A stretch of DNA of 58,324 nucleotides from a virus (lineage: Duplodnaviria > Caudoviricetes): positions 1 to 58,324 of IMG/VR virus record IMGVR_UViG_3300043602_000067, one strand, 5' to 3'. A program made the translations under genes and the position numbers. The number at the start of each line of letters is the position of its first letter. Position 1 is the first letter of the stretch. The notes beneath the pieces are model-generated. The model was not told the origin of the DNA. It saw only the letters and a program-made list of their open reading frames with translations, and did not search any database. Below, in pieces: positions 17,187 through 27,600 of the stretch.

Positions 17187-18564
17187 CCGCTTCCAAGTCT
17201 GGAATTGCGGCAGGCGTGTAGGTAAGACGACAGCAGGCGGGCGCGAGGCGTTCCTGCAGTGCATGGTTCCCGAGAGCTACGTGTGGATCGTGGCGCCCGA
17301 GATGAACCTGGCCGAGAAGGAATTCCGCATCGTCTGGAACTTGGCCGTGCGCAAGGGCCTGATCCCGGTCACAGGGAAGAGCAAGCGCGAGCGCTGGATC
17401 GAGTTCGAGAACGGCAGCAAGATCGAGTGTCGCTCGGCCGAGAACCCGGACCAGCTCATCGGTGAGGGCGTTGACCTGATGATCATTGCCGAGGCTGCGC
17501 GCCTGTCCCCGGCCATCTGGGAGGAGCTGCTGCGACCGACCCTTGCCGACCGTCCGGGGCGGGCCATCATGTCGTCCACGCCACGCGGCAAGAACTGGTT
17601 CTTCAATCGCTTCAACGATGGGCTGATCCACCTCGACGACGAGTGGACGGCGTTCCATGTTCCCAGCTCTGCTAATCCCCTGATTTTGAGGAGTGAGATC
17701 GAGCGCATCGATCGGCTGATCGAGCAGGACCCCATTGCCAACGCGGTGCTCGACCAGGAGTGGCGGGCCAACTTCATCACCTACAAGGGCGTCGTCTTCC
17801 CCGAGTTCCAGCGCGAGGTGCACGTGCGCCGCGAGCCATATATCCCCGGTCAGAAGACGATGCTCTGGGTGGACCCCGGCTCGACCAACCCGTACGCCTG
17901 CCTGCTGGTGCAGATCACCGGTGACGAGACGGTGCGCGTGATCAGCGAGATCTACCGCACCCAGAAGATCACCGACGAGATCATCAAGCTGGCGCAGGCT
18001 GCGTGGCCGTACGCCATGTTCGACGGTGGCGTGCCGGGCAACCCACCCAACCCCGAGCTGGAGGTCGTGGTGGACGAGGCCGCGGCCGAGGCAATCGCCG
18101 CGTGGCGCCTCGCCGGTTACCGTGCCTGGGGAGCTAAGCCCCCCTTGAAGACGGGCATCGACGTGTACCACCGCATGCTGCGCGACCCATTCCGCGTGGC
18201 CGACAAGACGCACGAGAACCCAGTGGGCATCTGGCCGCGCATCACGTTCGACCCGAGCTGCGAATACTCGATCCTCGAACACAACCTGTATCACTACCCC
18301 GATGAGGCCCGCCAGCGCTCGGAAGGCGGTCCGACCGAGGTACCGGTGGACGCTGACAACCACTCGATCAGCGCCATTCGCTACGGCCTGTACGCGCTGT
18401 GGCCCGAGCTGTTCAACGAATACCACCCACAAACCGAGATGGTGGTCACGACGCTGGAGGAGATGGGTATCGAGGAGCAACTCGACCGCATGCGCATCGA
18501 GGCGGGCTACGCCCCGCGTGAGTACGCCAGTTCGGACGACCAGTGGAGCCTGGGAGATTACTAG
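17083..18564 (+). CDS. terL: Terminase large subunit
   Basis: CGRRVGKT Walker A, LIGEGVDLMIIAEAA, SSTPRGKNWF, nuclease-domain VDPG and DADNHSISAIRY. Confidence 0.92.
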   Translation: MTPARKAAIFRSLNEKLPEGFLVLPWQAEAHRATDRFQVWNCGRRVGKTTAGGREAFLQCMVPESYVWIVAPEMNLAEKEFRIVWNLAVRKGLIPVTGKSKRERWIEFENGSKIECRSAENPDQLIGEGVDLMIIAEAARLSPAIWEELLRPTLADRPGRAIMSSTPRGKNWFFNRFNDGLIHLDDEWTAFHVPSSANPLILRSEIERIDRLIEQDPIANAVLDQEWRANFITYKGVVFPEFQREVHVRREPYIPGQKTMLWVDPGSTNPYACLLVQITGDETVRVISEIYRTQKITDEIIKLAQAAWPYAMFDGGVPGNPPNPELEVVVDEAAAEAIAAWRLAGYRAWGAKPPLKTGIDVYHRMLRDPFRVADKTHENPVGIWPRITFDPSCEYSILEHNLYHYPDEARQRSEGGPTEVPVDADNHSISAIRYGLYALWPELFNEYHPQTEMVVTTLEEMGIEEQLDRMRIEAGYAPREYASSDDQWSLGDY

Positions 18565-18731
18565 GAAGGGGGTGATGCCCATGCCACCGTTGGTGGAACC
18601 CTTCATAAGAGAACGCCTGCCCGCTTATCGGACCTCGCCGGGATACCGAGTCGAACGGACTCCCCGCCACATAAGCCCTGTGAGCGAGTTGTGCTCCGCT
18701 GCACTCAGCGGGCAGGCGCAGAAATTGTACC

Positions 18732-18761
18732 TTGACACCCCCACGGCGTAGCGTTTAGAGT
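18732..18761 (+). promoter_or_regulatory. Sigma70-type promoter in front of the structured RNA
   Basis: TTGACA-N18-TAGAGT. Confidence 0.55.
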
Positions 18762-18764
18762 CGG

Positions 18765-19129
18765 CGCCTGTCCTGCTGCGGAAGTGGTCGGCATGCAACG
18801 GCCCGCAGTACACCGAGGATGTTCGTCGCGAGAACACTGATCGGTGGGAGGCAGACTTAGACCGGAGGAGCCGCCTTTCAGGTCATGCCGTACTGTTCGA
18901 TCGGCAGCATTCGGGTAGGCACGGGGCGGCTTCTTGGTCCACTAGATGAACCGCTGGCGGATGTTTCCCATACTCCCAGCCCAGCGGCGAAATTGAATAC
19001 CCGGACCCTCGGTAGCAATTTTCAGTTAGCTGAACTCGCTCGCGCGAGCTTTGGCCCTGGCGATCGCCGTATCAGATCGAGGGTCCGGTCTTTTTGTTAC
19101 TCTGATCCCGCTACGAAACGAGACAGGTG
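18765..19129 (+). ncRNA. Candidate large structured non-coding RNA
   Basis: Five consecutive helical domains closed by CGCCTGTC(18765)/GACAGGTG(19122); G:U pairs favour the + strand; no convincing ORF. Confidence 0.6.
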
Positions 19130-19216
19130 AAGGAGGCCCAATGAACTGGACCATCTAGGGACGCACTGCGAGGACGCAGATGCCGTCCGTAGCCGCGTCC
19201 CGAAAGGGACAGTTCA

Positions 19217-19393
19217 TTGGGCAAGGGTGCAAACCGCGCGAGCGGTAATCCAGAGCACCGTCATAAGACGCACAAGCGCGGCGTGATGAAGCACGGGCGC
19301 AACTACCGCTGGGGCGGAACGACGCACAGCGTTACCAAGTACCGCAGCCGACATAACCTGCCGCCAGGCAAGCACGGCGGGAAAGGTGGCTGA
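19217..19393 (+). CDS. Small very basic protein (58 aa, TTG start)
   Basis: MGKGANRASGNPEHRHKTHKRGVMKHGRNYRWGG...KHGGKGG; AAAGGGA upstream; not in the ORF track. Confidence 0.4.
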   Translation: MGKGANRASGNPEHRHKTHKRGVMKHGRNYRWGGTTHSVTKYRSRHNLPPGKHGGKGG

Positions 19394-19500
19394 TACCCTG
19401 ACAGGCGTCGGGATTTTCATGTGGCGCCGTGTTCCACAGTCTTACCGCGGCGCCACGCCCGGCTTCCCCTGTGCCCGACCGATGGAGTAGAGTCCCGCTG

Positions 19501-21240
19501 ATGGCTCGAACCCCGATGCGCGATCAGATCGCGGCGCAGGAAGCTCAGATACAGGAACTGCTCAAGGCCAACGAGCAGGTCTACTCCGAGTACACGCTGC
19601 TCAGTCGGCGCGTCGAAGAGCTGGCCTACATCGACCTCAACAACATCACCGGGGCTGAGGAGGACATCCTCCCGCAAGCCAAGCGCGTGCAGACGATCCA
19701 GCGCATCCGTCGTCTGCGCAGCGAGAACCCGATGGCCAAGCAGGCGATCAAGCTGGCCCTGCGCTTTGTGCTTGGCAAGGGCGTCACCTACGAGATCCGC
19801 GACTCCAACACGAAACGGATCATCGACGACTTCTGGAACGATCCGGTCAACCAGGGCGTGTGGACGAGCCACTTCAACCAGGTTCTCAACTTCGACGACA
19901 ACCTGACCGATGGTGAGCAGTTCGTGGCCCTCTTCACGACGCCTGGTGAGTCGCCCTACGTGCGCCTCGGCATCGTGCCCATGGAAGAGATCACCAACAT
20001 CCTGTACGACCCCGACAACGGGCGCATGCCGATCTGGTACCGGCGCGTGTATCGGGTCAAGAAGTGGGACGCCAAGCTCAATAACAACGAGGGTGGCTGG
20101 GCGCCTGACGTAGCCACCAAGCCGATCGTCAGGTATTACCGCGACTTCCGCGTCAGCGACGAGTACCTGGCCGACGTAGAAGAGCGCGGGTTGAAGATCC
20201 CCGCGGACCTACAGGCCGAGGGCAAGATCAAGCACCGCATGGTCAACCCGGTGCGCATGCGCTCGGGCCTGCGCGGCATCAGCGAGCTGTTCGCCAGCCG
20301 CGAGTGGTTCCGCGTGATCAAGGAGTTCATGGAGGACCGCGGCGCGGTCAACGCACAGGCCAACGCGTTGACCATGCAGCGCAAGGTCACCGGTGGGCCG
20401 ATCGCCGTGGCAGGCATGTCGGGCAAGATCGGCGGCATCCAGATGGGCGTCAACGACCAGCCGCTGTTGCCCAGCACGTTCGGTCGTAGGCCACTGGCTG
20501 GCTCGATGCTCGATACCAACCAGAACGTCGAGTACAAGGGCATCCGCGCCGATACCGGAGCACCGAGCGCCGACAAGGACGCCGAGCGGCTGATGACCAT
20601 CGCAGGCTCGGGTACGGCTACGCCTAACCACTACTTCGGTGGCACCAATGCGGCTCTGGCCGGTGCTCAGTCGGTCGAGGTGGCGGTCATCAAGGCGTTC
20701 GAGGACTTCCAGACCTACCTGCGCAACGACGACCGCGAGCTGGCCGAATTCGTGATCGCTATGGCGCTCGATAAGCCGGTGGCCGAGGTCGAGGCCGACG
20801 AGAAGGAGATCGTCTGGAACTTCCCACCGATTATGACCCAGGACATCGTGAAGTGGGTGACCGGCTTCGCCCAGTGGGCACAGCAGGTGGCGCCCAAGAA
20901 CCGCGTCGTCCGACGCGAGGCCATCCGCCTCGTGGCTGGTGTACTCGGCGTGCACAACATCGAGATGATCTGGGACGAGGTGGAGGCCGAGGAAACGCGC
21001 TTGGCCAAGGAAGAGGACGAGACGCGCAAGATGCAGATGGAGCAGCAGCAGAAGGCGCTCGATGCGCCGACTGTCATCGCTGGTGGTCCTCCAAGCGCGA
21101 ACGGAAATGGTGCCAAACCACCTGGTCAGAAGGCTACAACCGGGCCTACCGCACAGGGCCAAAGCCCGCAGATCTCGCGCCTCCAGGCGGGTCGTCCGCC
21201 CAATGAAGGTGCGACTGGACCACGCACCCACCGACAATGA
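19501..21240 (+). CDS. Portal protein
   Basis: Position after terL; size; NPMAKQAIKL...VLGKG, IDDFWNDPVN, DGEQF, RGISEL, FPPI. Confidence 0.85.
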   Translation: MARTPMRDQIAAQEAQIQELLKANEQVYSEYTLLSRRVEELAYIDLNNITGAEEDILPQAKRVQTIQRIRRLRSENPMAKQAIKLALRFVLGKGVTYEIRDSNTKRIIDDFWNDPVNQGVWTSHFNQVLNFDDNLTDGEQFVALFTTPGESPYVRLGIVPMEEITNILYDPDNGRMPIWYRRVYRVKKWDAKLNNNEGGWAPDVATKPIVRYYRDFRVSDEYLADVEERGLKIPADLQAEGKIKHRMVNPVRMRSGLRGISELFASREWFRVIKEFMEDRGAVNAQANALTMQRKVTGGPIAVAGMSGKIGGIQMGVNDQPLLPSTFGRRPLAGSMLDTNQNVEYKGIRADTGAPSADKDAERLMTIAGSGTATPNHYFGGTNAALAGAQSVEVAVIKAFEDFQTYLRNDDRELAEFVIAMALDKPVAEVEADEKEIVWNFPPIMTQDIVKWVTGFAQWAQQVAPKNRVVRREAIRLVAGVLGVHNIEMIWDEVEAEETRLAKEEDETRKMQMEQQQKALDAPTVIAGGPPSANGNGAKPPGQKATTGPTAQGQSPQISRLQAGRPPNEGATGPRTHRQ

Positions 21241-21299
21241 CGTTGTATCTTGTATGACAACCTTGCGAGGGACGCCCTCTTCACCACCGATAGGAGCAC

Positions 21300-21638
21300 A
21301 TGAAAATGGCTGAAGACGAGAAGACTCAGGAAGAGAAGGACGCCGAGGCAGAGGCAGCGAAGCAGCCGAAGGCCAAGCCAGCAGCCAAGGCCAAGACGAC
21401 GCCCCCGGCCGTAGATGCCAAGGCTGGCGCTGGCGACAGCACCAAGGCCAAGATGCTGAAGGCAATTGGCGCCAAGGCCGAGGACGTGCTGGCCTACAAC
21501 GCAGAGGCCAAGATCCTCGTCACCAAGCAGGGCGGCAAGTACCAGCTCACTGCCGATGGCAATAAGCTGAAGCACCTGGCCGGTCCCGCGCCGACCGGTG
21601 GCAAGAAGGCGGCTGCAGACGAGGACGACGAGGAATAA
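21300..21638 (+). CDS. Small K/A-rich head-region protein
   Basis: AGGAG RBS; position. Confidence 0.6.
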   Translation: MKMAEDEKTQEEKDAEAEAAKQPKAKPAAKAKTTPPAVDAKAGAGDSTKAKMLKAIGAKAEDVLAYNAEAKILVTKQGGKYQLTADGNKLKHLAGPAPTGGKKAAADEDDEE

Positions 21639-21642
21639 CCCC

Positions 21643-22815
21643 ATGAAGAACCAGAAGCCCGAAGCACCACAGGACATCAAGACCGTCGTTCAGGAAAGCC
21701 TGGGCGCGGTTGAGGCCGTGTGGGCGGAGAACGCCGAAGGTCTACCGCAGGCGGACGTGGTGATCATCCGGCCGGGCGAGAGCATGAACCGGCGCGAGTA
21801 CCCGCGCGAGGCCATCGAGGCGGCAGTCAAGTCGGGCTTCTGGGACGACACCCCGATGTTCGTCAATCACGGCGATGCGAAGATGCCGCGCAAGCGCGAC
21901 GTGCGCGATCTACGGGCGCGGATCGACAAGGGTTCGACCTATATCGGTACTGAAGGCGAAGCGCGCGGGAAGGTGACGTTCATCGATCCCGAGTTCGCAA
22001 AGTTCGCCAAGAATGCTGGTCCAAGCATCGGTTTGAGCGCGGTGCACGAATTTCAGGGCCAGCGCTACCGCGGTAATGACGGGCACTATCACGAGCGCGT
22101 GAACCAGTTCCTTGTCAACCACACCGTGGATTTTGTAGCATTCCCAGCGGCGGGCGGTGGGATCGCTCAGTTCCTACCGGCACAGGAAAGTGAGGACGAC
22201 GTGGATTACAACAGCCCGCTGCTGACGCTCGAAGCGCTCAAGCAGCACCGGCCGGATCTCATCGACGCGCTCGCCGCAGAGGCGGACGACGGCGGTGATG
22301 ACGGCGACGACAAGGACAAGAAGCCCGAGGTGCCGTTACCGGCCCCTGTGCCCCAGCCGACGCCAGAGCCTCCCGAGGGCTTCGTGACGCTGGCGCAGGC
22401 GAAGGCGTTCGCAGAGGAGTCGGCGCAGCGCGTGGTCGAGTCCTTCCAGACGACCGAGAAGAAGAAGGCCGAGGCGAAGGCTTCGATCTCCGCGCACATG
22501 GCCAAGTCGGGTCTTCCTGACAAGACCAAGATGCGTCTGCTCTCGGCTTTCGAGGGCCAGGAGGAGTACGACCAGAAGGCCGTGCAGGAGGCCATCGAGG
22601 TCGCTGCCGAGGAGCTGAAGGAGACCGGTTGGCATGGGCCGCGGGTCATCGGCCTCGGTGACTCGTCTGCGCGCGAGGGCGAGGACAAGGGCGCCGATCC
22701 TGTTACGCTCGGTAAGCTCTACCCGACCATGACGGCCGTGGAAGAGCAACTGGCGTTCCGACCGGGGTCCGGCCGCAAGCTGGCCCAGGACGCTGAAGCA
22801 GGAAAGGCGAACTAG
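21643..22815 (+). CDS. Capsid maturation protease / scaffold fusion
   Basis: IIRPGESMNRREYP, FVNH, IGLS, VDFVAFPAAGG, followed by a helical charged C-terminus. Confidence 0.8.
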   Translation: MKNQKPEAPQDIKTVVQESLGAVEAVWAENAEGLPQADVVIIRPGESMNRREYPREAIEAAVKSGFWDDTPMFVNHGDAKMPRKRDVRDLRARIDKGSTYIGTEGEARGKVTFIDPEFAKFAKNAGPSIGLSAVHEFQGQRYRGNDGHYHERVNQFLVNHTVDFVAFPAAGGGIAQFLPAQESEDDVDYNSPLLTLEALKQHRPDLIDALAAEADDGGDDGDDKDKKPEVPLPAPVPQPTPEPPEGFVTLAQAKAFAEESAQRVVESFQTTEKKKAEAKASISAHMAKSGLPDKTKMRLLSAFEGQEEYDQKAVQEAIEVAAEELKETGWHGPRVIGLGDSSAREGEDKGADPVTLGKLYPTMTAVEEQLAFRPGSGRKLAQDAEAGKAN

Positions 22816-22818
22816 GCC

Positions 22819-23208
22819 ATGAGTTCCAACATCGTTCACCAGCACGGCACCGATCACATGAAGATCGCTGCCGCGGTTGCTGCTCACCGGGCTGGTGATC
22901 TCGTCTGCGAGCAGGGTTATTTCGGAACGGTGCAGGATGACGTGGCCGCGGGTGACCCGTTCACGCTCTTGCTCAACCCGACCGTCAACTTCCCCCGTGT
23001 CCCATCGACGCTGGCATCGGGCGTGGTCGTGGCTGCACCGGCAACGGCGCAGGCAACGACACTGCCCATCGGCGCGGCATCGCCAACGATTGGCTTCCTG
23101 GCCACGGCTGGCTGGTTCCCCTTCGGCAAGACGATTGCCACGGGGACGGCGAGCACGGCCAAGATCCAGCTCATCCATCCCAACCTCACACGCGTGATCA
23201 TGCCGTAA
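22819..23208 (+). CDS. Capsid decoration/cement protein (DUF2190-like)
   Basis: AGDLV...FGTVQDDVAAGD; lies between protease and MCP. Confidence 0.6.
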   Translation: MSSNIVHQHGTDHMKIAAAVAAHRAGDLVCEQGYFGTVQDDVAAGDPFTLLLNPTVNFPRVPSTLASGVVVAAPATAQATTLPIGAASPTIGFLATAGWFPFGKTIATGTASTAKIQLIHPNLTRVIMP

Positions 23209-23273
23209 GGCACTAACCAAGGGCACTAGCCTCTCGTAAGAGGGGGCCGAGACACATAGAGGAGAACGAGAAG

Positions 23274-24338
23274 ATGGACTACCCACAAGGGTCGTTCGGA
23301 GCTGACCTTGGCGGTCGGCGCATTCGTCTCCTCGATGCGTTCGCAGAGAAGCAACGTGCTGCGGCTGAGTCGCAGCTAAGTGCCGAGGAAGCGATGTCGG
23401 TGGATGACTTCCCCACCTACATCCTGAGCTTCTCTCGGACGACATTTCTCGGCACGTACGAGGAGATCCAGGGCAACTGGCCCGCTTACACCCACGAGAT
23501 GCGCCTCGAAGATTTCGAGGACTACACCTCGTTCCGGTGGGGCCGCTTCCCCAACTGGCCAGAGCGCCCGCTGAATGCGGACGTTGAGCAGGCCGCGATC
23601 CGAGAGTTCCCCGGCCCAGCCGTCAAGCTGAAGGAATGGGCCTTGGGCTACTCGGTTACTCGCCAGCTCATCCTGGCCGACCGACTGAACAAGATCACCG
23701 AGCTTCCAGCCGCGCTGGGTGCTGCAGGTGCGCGAACCGTCTCGACGCGAGCGGTCTCTCGGCTGGAAGCCAACCCGGTGATGTTCGATAGCAACGCGCT
23801 CTTCAGCGCCGCGCACAACAACATCGGCTCTACCGCTCTCACCGCCGATCAGGCAGGGGCGAACGCGTTGAAGGCAGCCTTCGATGCGATCGATCTGCAG
23901 ACCGACGACGAGGGCTACAAGCTCGCCGTGGCCGGTGGCACGTACGTGCTCATCGTCCCGCGACAGCTTCGGTACATCGCTCGCGCTCTGCGCGATCGAA
24001 CCGAGCTGCCGGTGAGCAGCGGTGCGACCGACCTGTCTCGCCCCAACGAGGTGGCAGGCATGTTCGAGATCGCTGAGGAGCGTTTCCTCACCGACGCGAC
24101 GAACTGGTATCTGGCGCTCAACCCGACAGGTCCGCAGGGCTTCCTCGCGGCGCTGAACCTGAATGGCAACACGCAGCCCTACCTCGGCCAGAAGGATGAC
24201 AAGAAGATTGGCATCCTCGGTCGCGGCGAGGACCCGTACACCTTCCGGTTCGATGAGTTGGAGTACATGGGTCGCCATGACTTCGACTTCTCGCCAACGG
24301 AATTCCGTTCGGTCTTCGGAGCGATCGTCGCAGGCTAA
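23274..24338 (+). CDS. Major capsid protein (Mu gpT-like HK97 fold)
   Basis: DFPxxI, VTRQLILADRL...LPAALGAAGART, LFSAAHNN, LIVPRQL, WYL. Confidence 0.85.
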   Translation: MDYPQGSFGADLGGRRIRLLDAFAEKQRAAAESQLSAEEAMSVDDFPTYILSFSRTTFLGTYEEIQGNWPAYTHEMRLEDFEDYTSFRWGRFPNWPERPLNADVEQAAIREFPGPAVKLKEWALGYSVTRQLILADRLNKITELPAALGAAGARTVSTRAVSRLEANPVMFDSNALFSAAHNNIGSTALTADQAGANALKAAFDAIDLQTDDEGYKLAVAGGTYVLIVPRQLRYIARALRDRTELPVSSGATDLSRPNEVAGMFEIAEERFLTDATNWYLALNPTGPQGFLAALNLNGNTQPYLGQKDDKKIGILGRGEDPYTFRFDELEYMGRHDFDFSPTEFRSVFGAIVAG

Positions 24339-24360
24339 GCACACCTCCTCCCTAGCGCCG

Positions 24361-24403
24361 GGAAAGCCGTCTGGAGACTCCCCTCTGCCAGACGGCTTTT
24401 CCT
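24361..24403 (+). terminator. Rho-independent terminator after the MCP gene
   Basis: AAAGCCGTCTGG / CCAGACGGCTTT stem followed by T-rich bases. Confidence 0.7.
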
Positions 24404-24626
24404 TGCCCCTATGCTGTAGCCAGCAGCCGCTAGGGACTATTGGGATGCGGGTTCCTTTTACAACCCCCTAACGGCTGCTACGATGTAGGTAAGTCGTACC
24501 GGCGAAATCCGGGCGACCCGAAAGTTGGCACGACGAGCCTTGCGCTCGCGACGTGGGTTAGTCCAGAAGCCCGAGCTTCAATCACACCCTGACGAGCCGA
24601 CTACCCAAACTGAAGAAAGGCGGCAC

Positions 24627-27600
24627 ATGGCGGCAAAGATCACCCTCGGTATCATCGCGCGCAATGCAGCGGCGACACTCGACCAGTGTCTGACCAGCGC
24701 AGCGCCCTACGTGGACGAGATCATCGTCGGGCTGGGCGGCGAGTCCACCGACGAGACCGAGGAGATGGCCAAGGACTTCCTCGGGGAGTGGGCTGAAATG
24801 GCCCGAGTAGGGGAGCGTACCTGGGCGGTGTTCCCCATCGATTGGCGAGATGACTTTTCCTACGCCCGCAACGAGGTTTTGACTCAGGCCACCGGCGAGT
24901 GGTTCCTGTGGCTCGACGCCGATGACATCCTGCTCGGTGGTGAGCACATGCAGGAGTGGATAGCCCGCGTACCAGAGGGCAACTGCTTCTGGGCGCCCTA
25001 CCGCTACGACGCCGACGAGCATGGCAACGTGTCCACGACGCTATGGCGCGAGCGCTTGGTCAAGAACCCGAGTGAGTGGCACTGGGAAGATCCCATCCAT
25101 GAGTTCCTGATGCTCGATCCCGAGGTGCCCCTAGCCCTCGTCCAGATGGACGACGTGGCGGTGGTGCACAACCCCAAGCGCAACAAGGTCAAGGGCACGC
25201 GCAACCTGGAGATCCTGTACCGCGAGCTGGCGCGCACCGAGCCTGAGCCGACGCAGCGGACGCTGTTCTACCTGTTCCGCGAGAACGCCTCACGAGGCAA
25301 TCTGCACGAGGCGCTGCTGCACGCCAATCGCTACATCAGCCGCGCCCAGTTCAACGACGAGGCGTACCAGATGGCTATCGGCGTGTCCAACACGCTGCGC
25401 GTACAGGGTCGCTTGGACGAGGCTCGGGTGGCCGCGCACAAGGCGATCGAGATGGACGCCACGTGGCCCGACGCGTACTTCCTCTTGGCGCGCATCGCGT
25501 ACGAGCAGGGCCAGTTCGTCGAGGCCATCGAGTGGACCAAGAACGGGGCCACCAAGCAGCCACCGCAGACGAGCGTAATCATCGAGCCACGTATCTACGA
25601 CTACTGGCCGTACTACATCCTTGGGCTGGCCTACCGCGGCCTGAACGACTGGGAGATGGCGCTGCCCAACTTCCAGCGCGCCGCGTCGGTGGTGCCTGAC
25701 CCACAGCTCATGGCGCTGATGGAAGAGGCTTCTCGGGCACAGGAGGGCAAGAAGGTGCTCGACGCCTTCCTGACGCTGCACGAGCACTTGGGCCGCAACG
25801 ACGAGTGGCTCAAGGCGCGGCGCATCTTCACGTACATTCCGAAGCTGATCGAGCAGCATCCCGAGGTACGCCGCCGTCACATCAACACGCGGCTGTCCAC
25901 GGCGCACGTGGATGACCCCCAGATCATGGTGGACTTCTACCGCAACAACCCCGGCTGGGCGCCCATGGACGAGGAGATGATCTGGTCGCAGGGCTGGCGC
26001 GAGCACCCGCGCATGGCCTTCGCTCGTAAGAGCGTCACCTGTGATCCACCGGCGACGATCCTCGACATCGGCTCCAGCGACGGCTTCATCAGCCTGCCGC
26101 TGGCCAAGGAAGGCCATATCGTCGAGGGCTACGACCTGGACCCGCGGTGTGTTGACCTGGCCAACGAGAGGGCGGCAAAATGGGACCTGCGGGCGCATTA
26201 CAACGTCGGCTCGATAGACGATGCAAAGGGGAAGTACGATGTGGCGTTTGCGTTCGAGATACTCGAACATCTCGTTGATCCGAGCGCGTTCCTCGACAAG
26301 ATCGACGAGCACGCGCGCAAGGTCGTCATCACGACGCCATTCCTGGCTTGGGAGGGTGGTCGTGTTGCTGACTGGCAGAAGGTCGAGCCGAAAGGCCACC
26401 TCCGTGTCTTCGACCTCACCGACATGGAGCACGAAATCGCTCATCGAGGACGGGTTTTTGACCTCCACCGAGAACCGCACGGCTCTACTGCGTGGATATT
26501 CGCCTCCTACCGACCCCGCCAAACCTACGCCGGAACCGTCGAGTTCCTCGCCCCAAACACTCTCGAAGAGTGGTCGCCTCGGAAACTACAGGCAGAGGGC
26601 CTGGGCGGCTCGGAAACGGCGCTCATCCGACTAGCCGAGGAGTTGTTCTATGCAGGAGGAGACGACACCCAAAGCCGACTCTGTACGGTCTATGGGCGGA
26701 TCGACGACCCTGGCTACTACAACGGTGTCCGCTATCGGACAATGCAGTCTTTCGACCCTCGCGTTGGTAGCGACGTGCTCGTTGCATGGCGCTACCCGGA
26801 GGCTGCGGATCTACCCGTCAGGGCTGGTCGAATGGTCCTGTGGATGCACGATACTGATGCAGGAGAACGACTTACTCCCGTTCGAGCTGCCCGCTTCGAT
26901 GCGATCGTTGTTCTCTCGGAGTGGCATAAGAGCCACATGCTGAAGACCTACCCGTGGCTCGATGTTGAGAAGCTCGTGGTCATCGGCAACGGCGTGGATC
27001 GAGAGAGGTTCGCGCTTCGGAAAGATACCCCGTCGGGACGGGCTGCAGTTCGTGAAAACGCGCCCAAGCGTGAACCTCTGCGGGTAGCGTACACGTCTAG
27101 TCCAGACCGCGGTCTCGATGTCGTGCTCGAACACGTCTGGCCCAAGGTGATCGAGCAGGTGCCTGACGCCGAGCTGCACGTCTACTACGGCTGGAACAAC
27201 TTCGATGCGCTGGGTGCTGCCTACCCACACCTGGCCGAGTTCAGGCAGAAAGTAGCAACATTGCTTATTGACACCAAGAACGTGGTTCAGCACGGTCGAG
27301 TCGCGCCGGACCAACTGGCTACCGAGCTGCTGAAGTCATCCGTTTGGCTCTACCCATCGCATAACTTCGATGAGACCTATTGCATCAGCGCCGTGGAGGC
27401 TCAACTGGCAGGTGCCATCCCTGTGACCACCACTCGCGGTGCGCTGGCCGAGACGGTTGCTGGTGGAGTCTTTATTGAAGGTACGATTGGTGATGAAGGC
27501 GTGGCCGAGCAGTATGCAAAGGCGGTGGTTGACCTGCTCACTATTGATGCCAAAGACATCGGTACCATGCGCAAAATGATCAAGAAGGCGGCTCCAGCAG

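Noticed and set aside
18765-19129. Group I intron, RNase P or hammerhead identity for the structured RNA
   Set aside because: No P7/S element, no GAGGAAAGUCC, CTGATC instead of CTGANGA, and no interrupted gene around it
24589-24595. Hammerhead ribozyme core CTGACGA with nearby GAAA
   Set aside because: A stem II can be drawn, but I could not build stem III with a UH cleavage site or stem I
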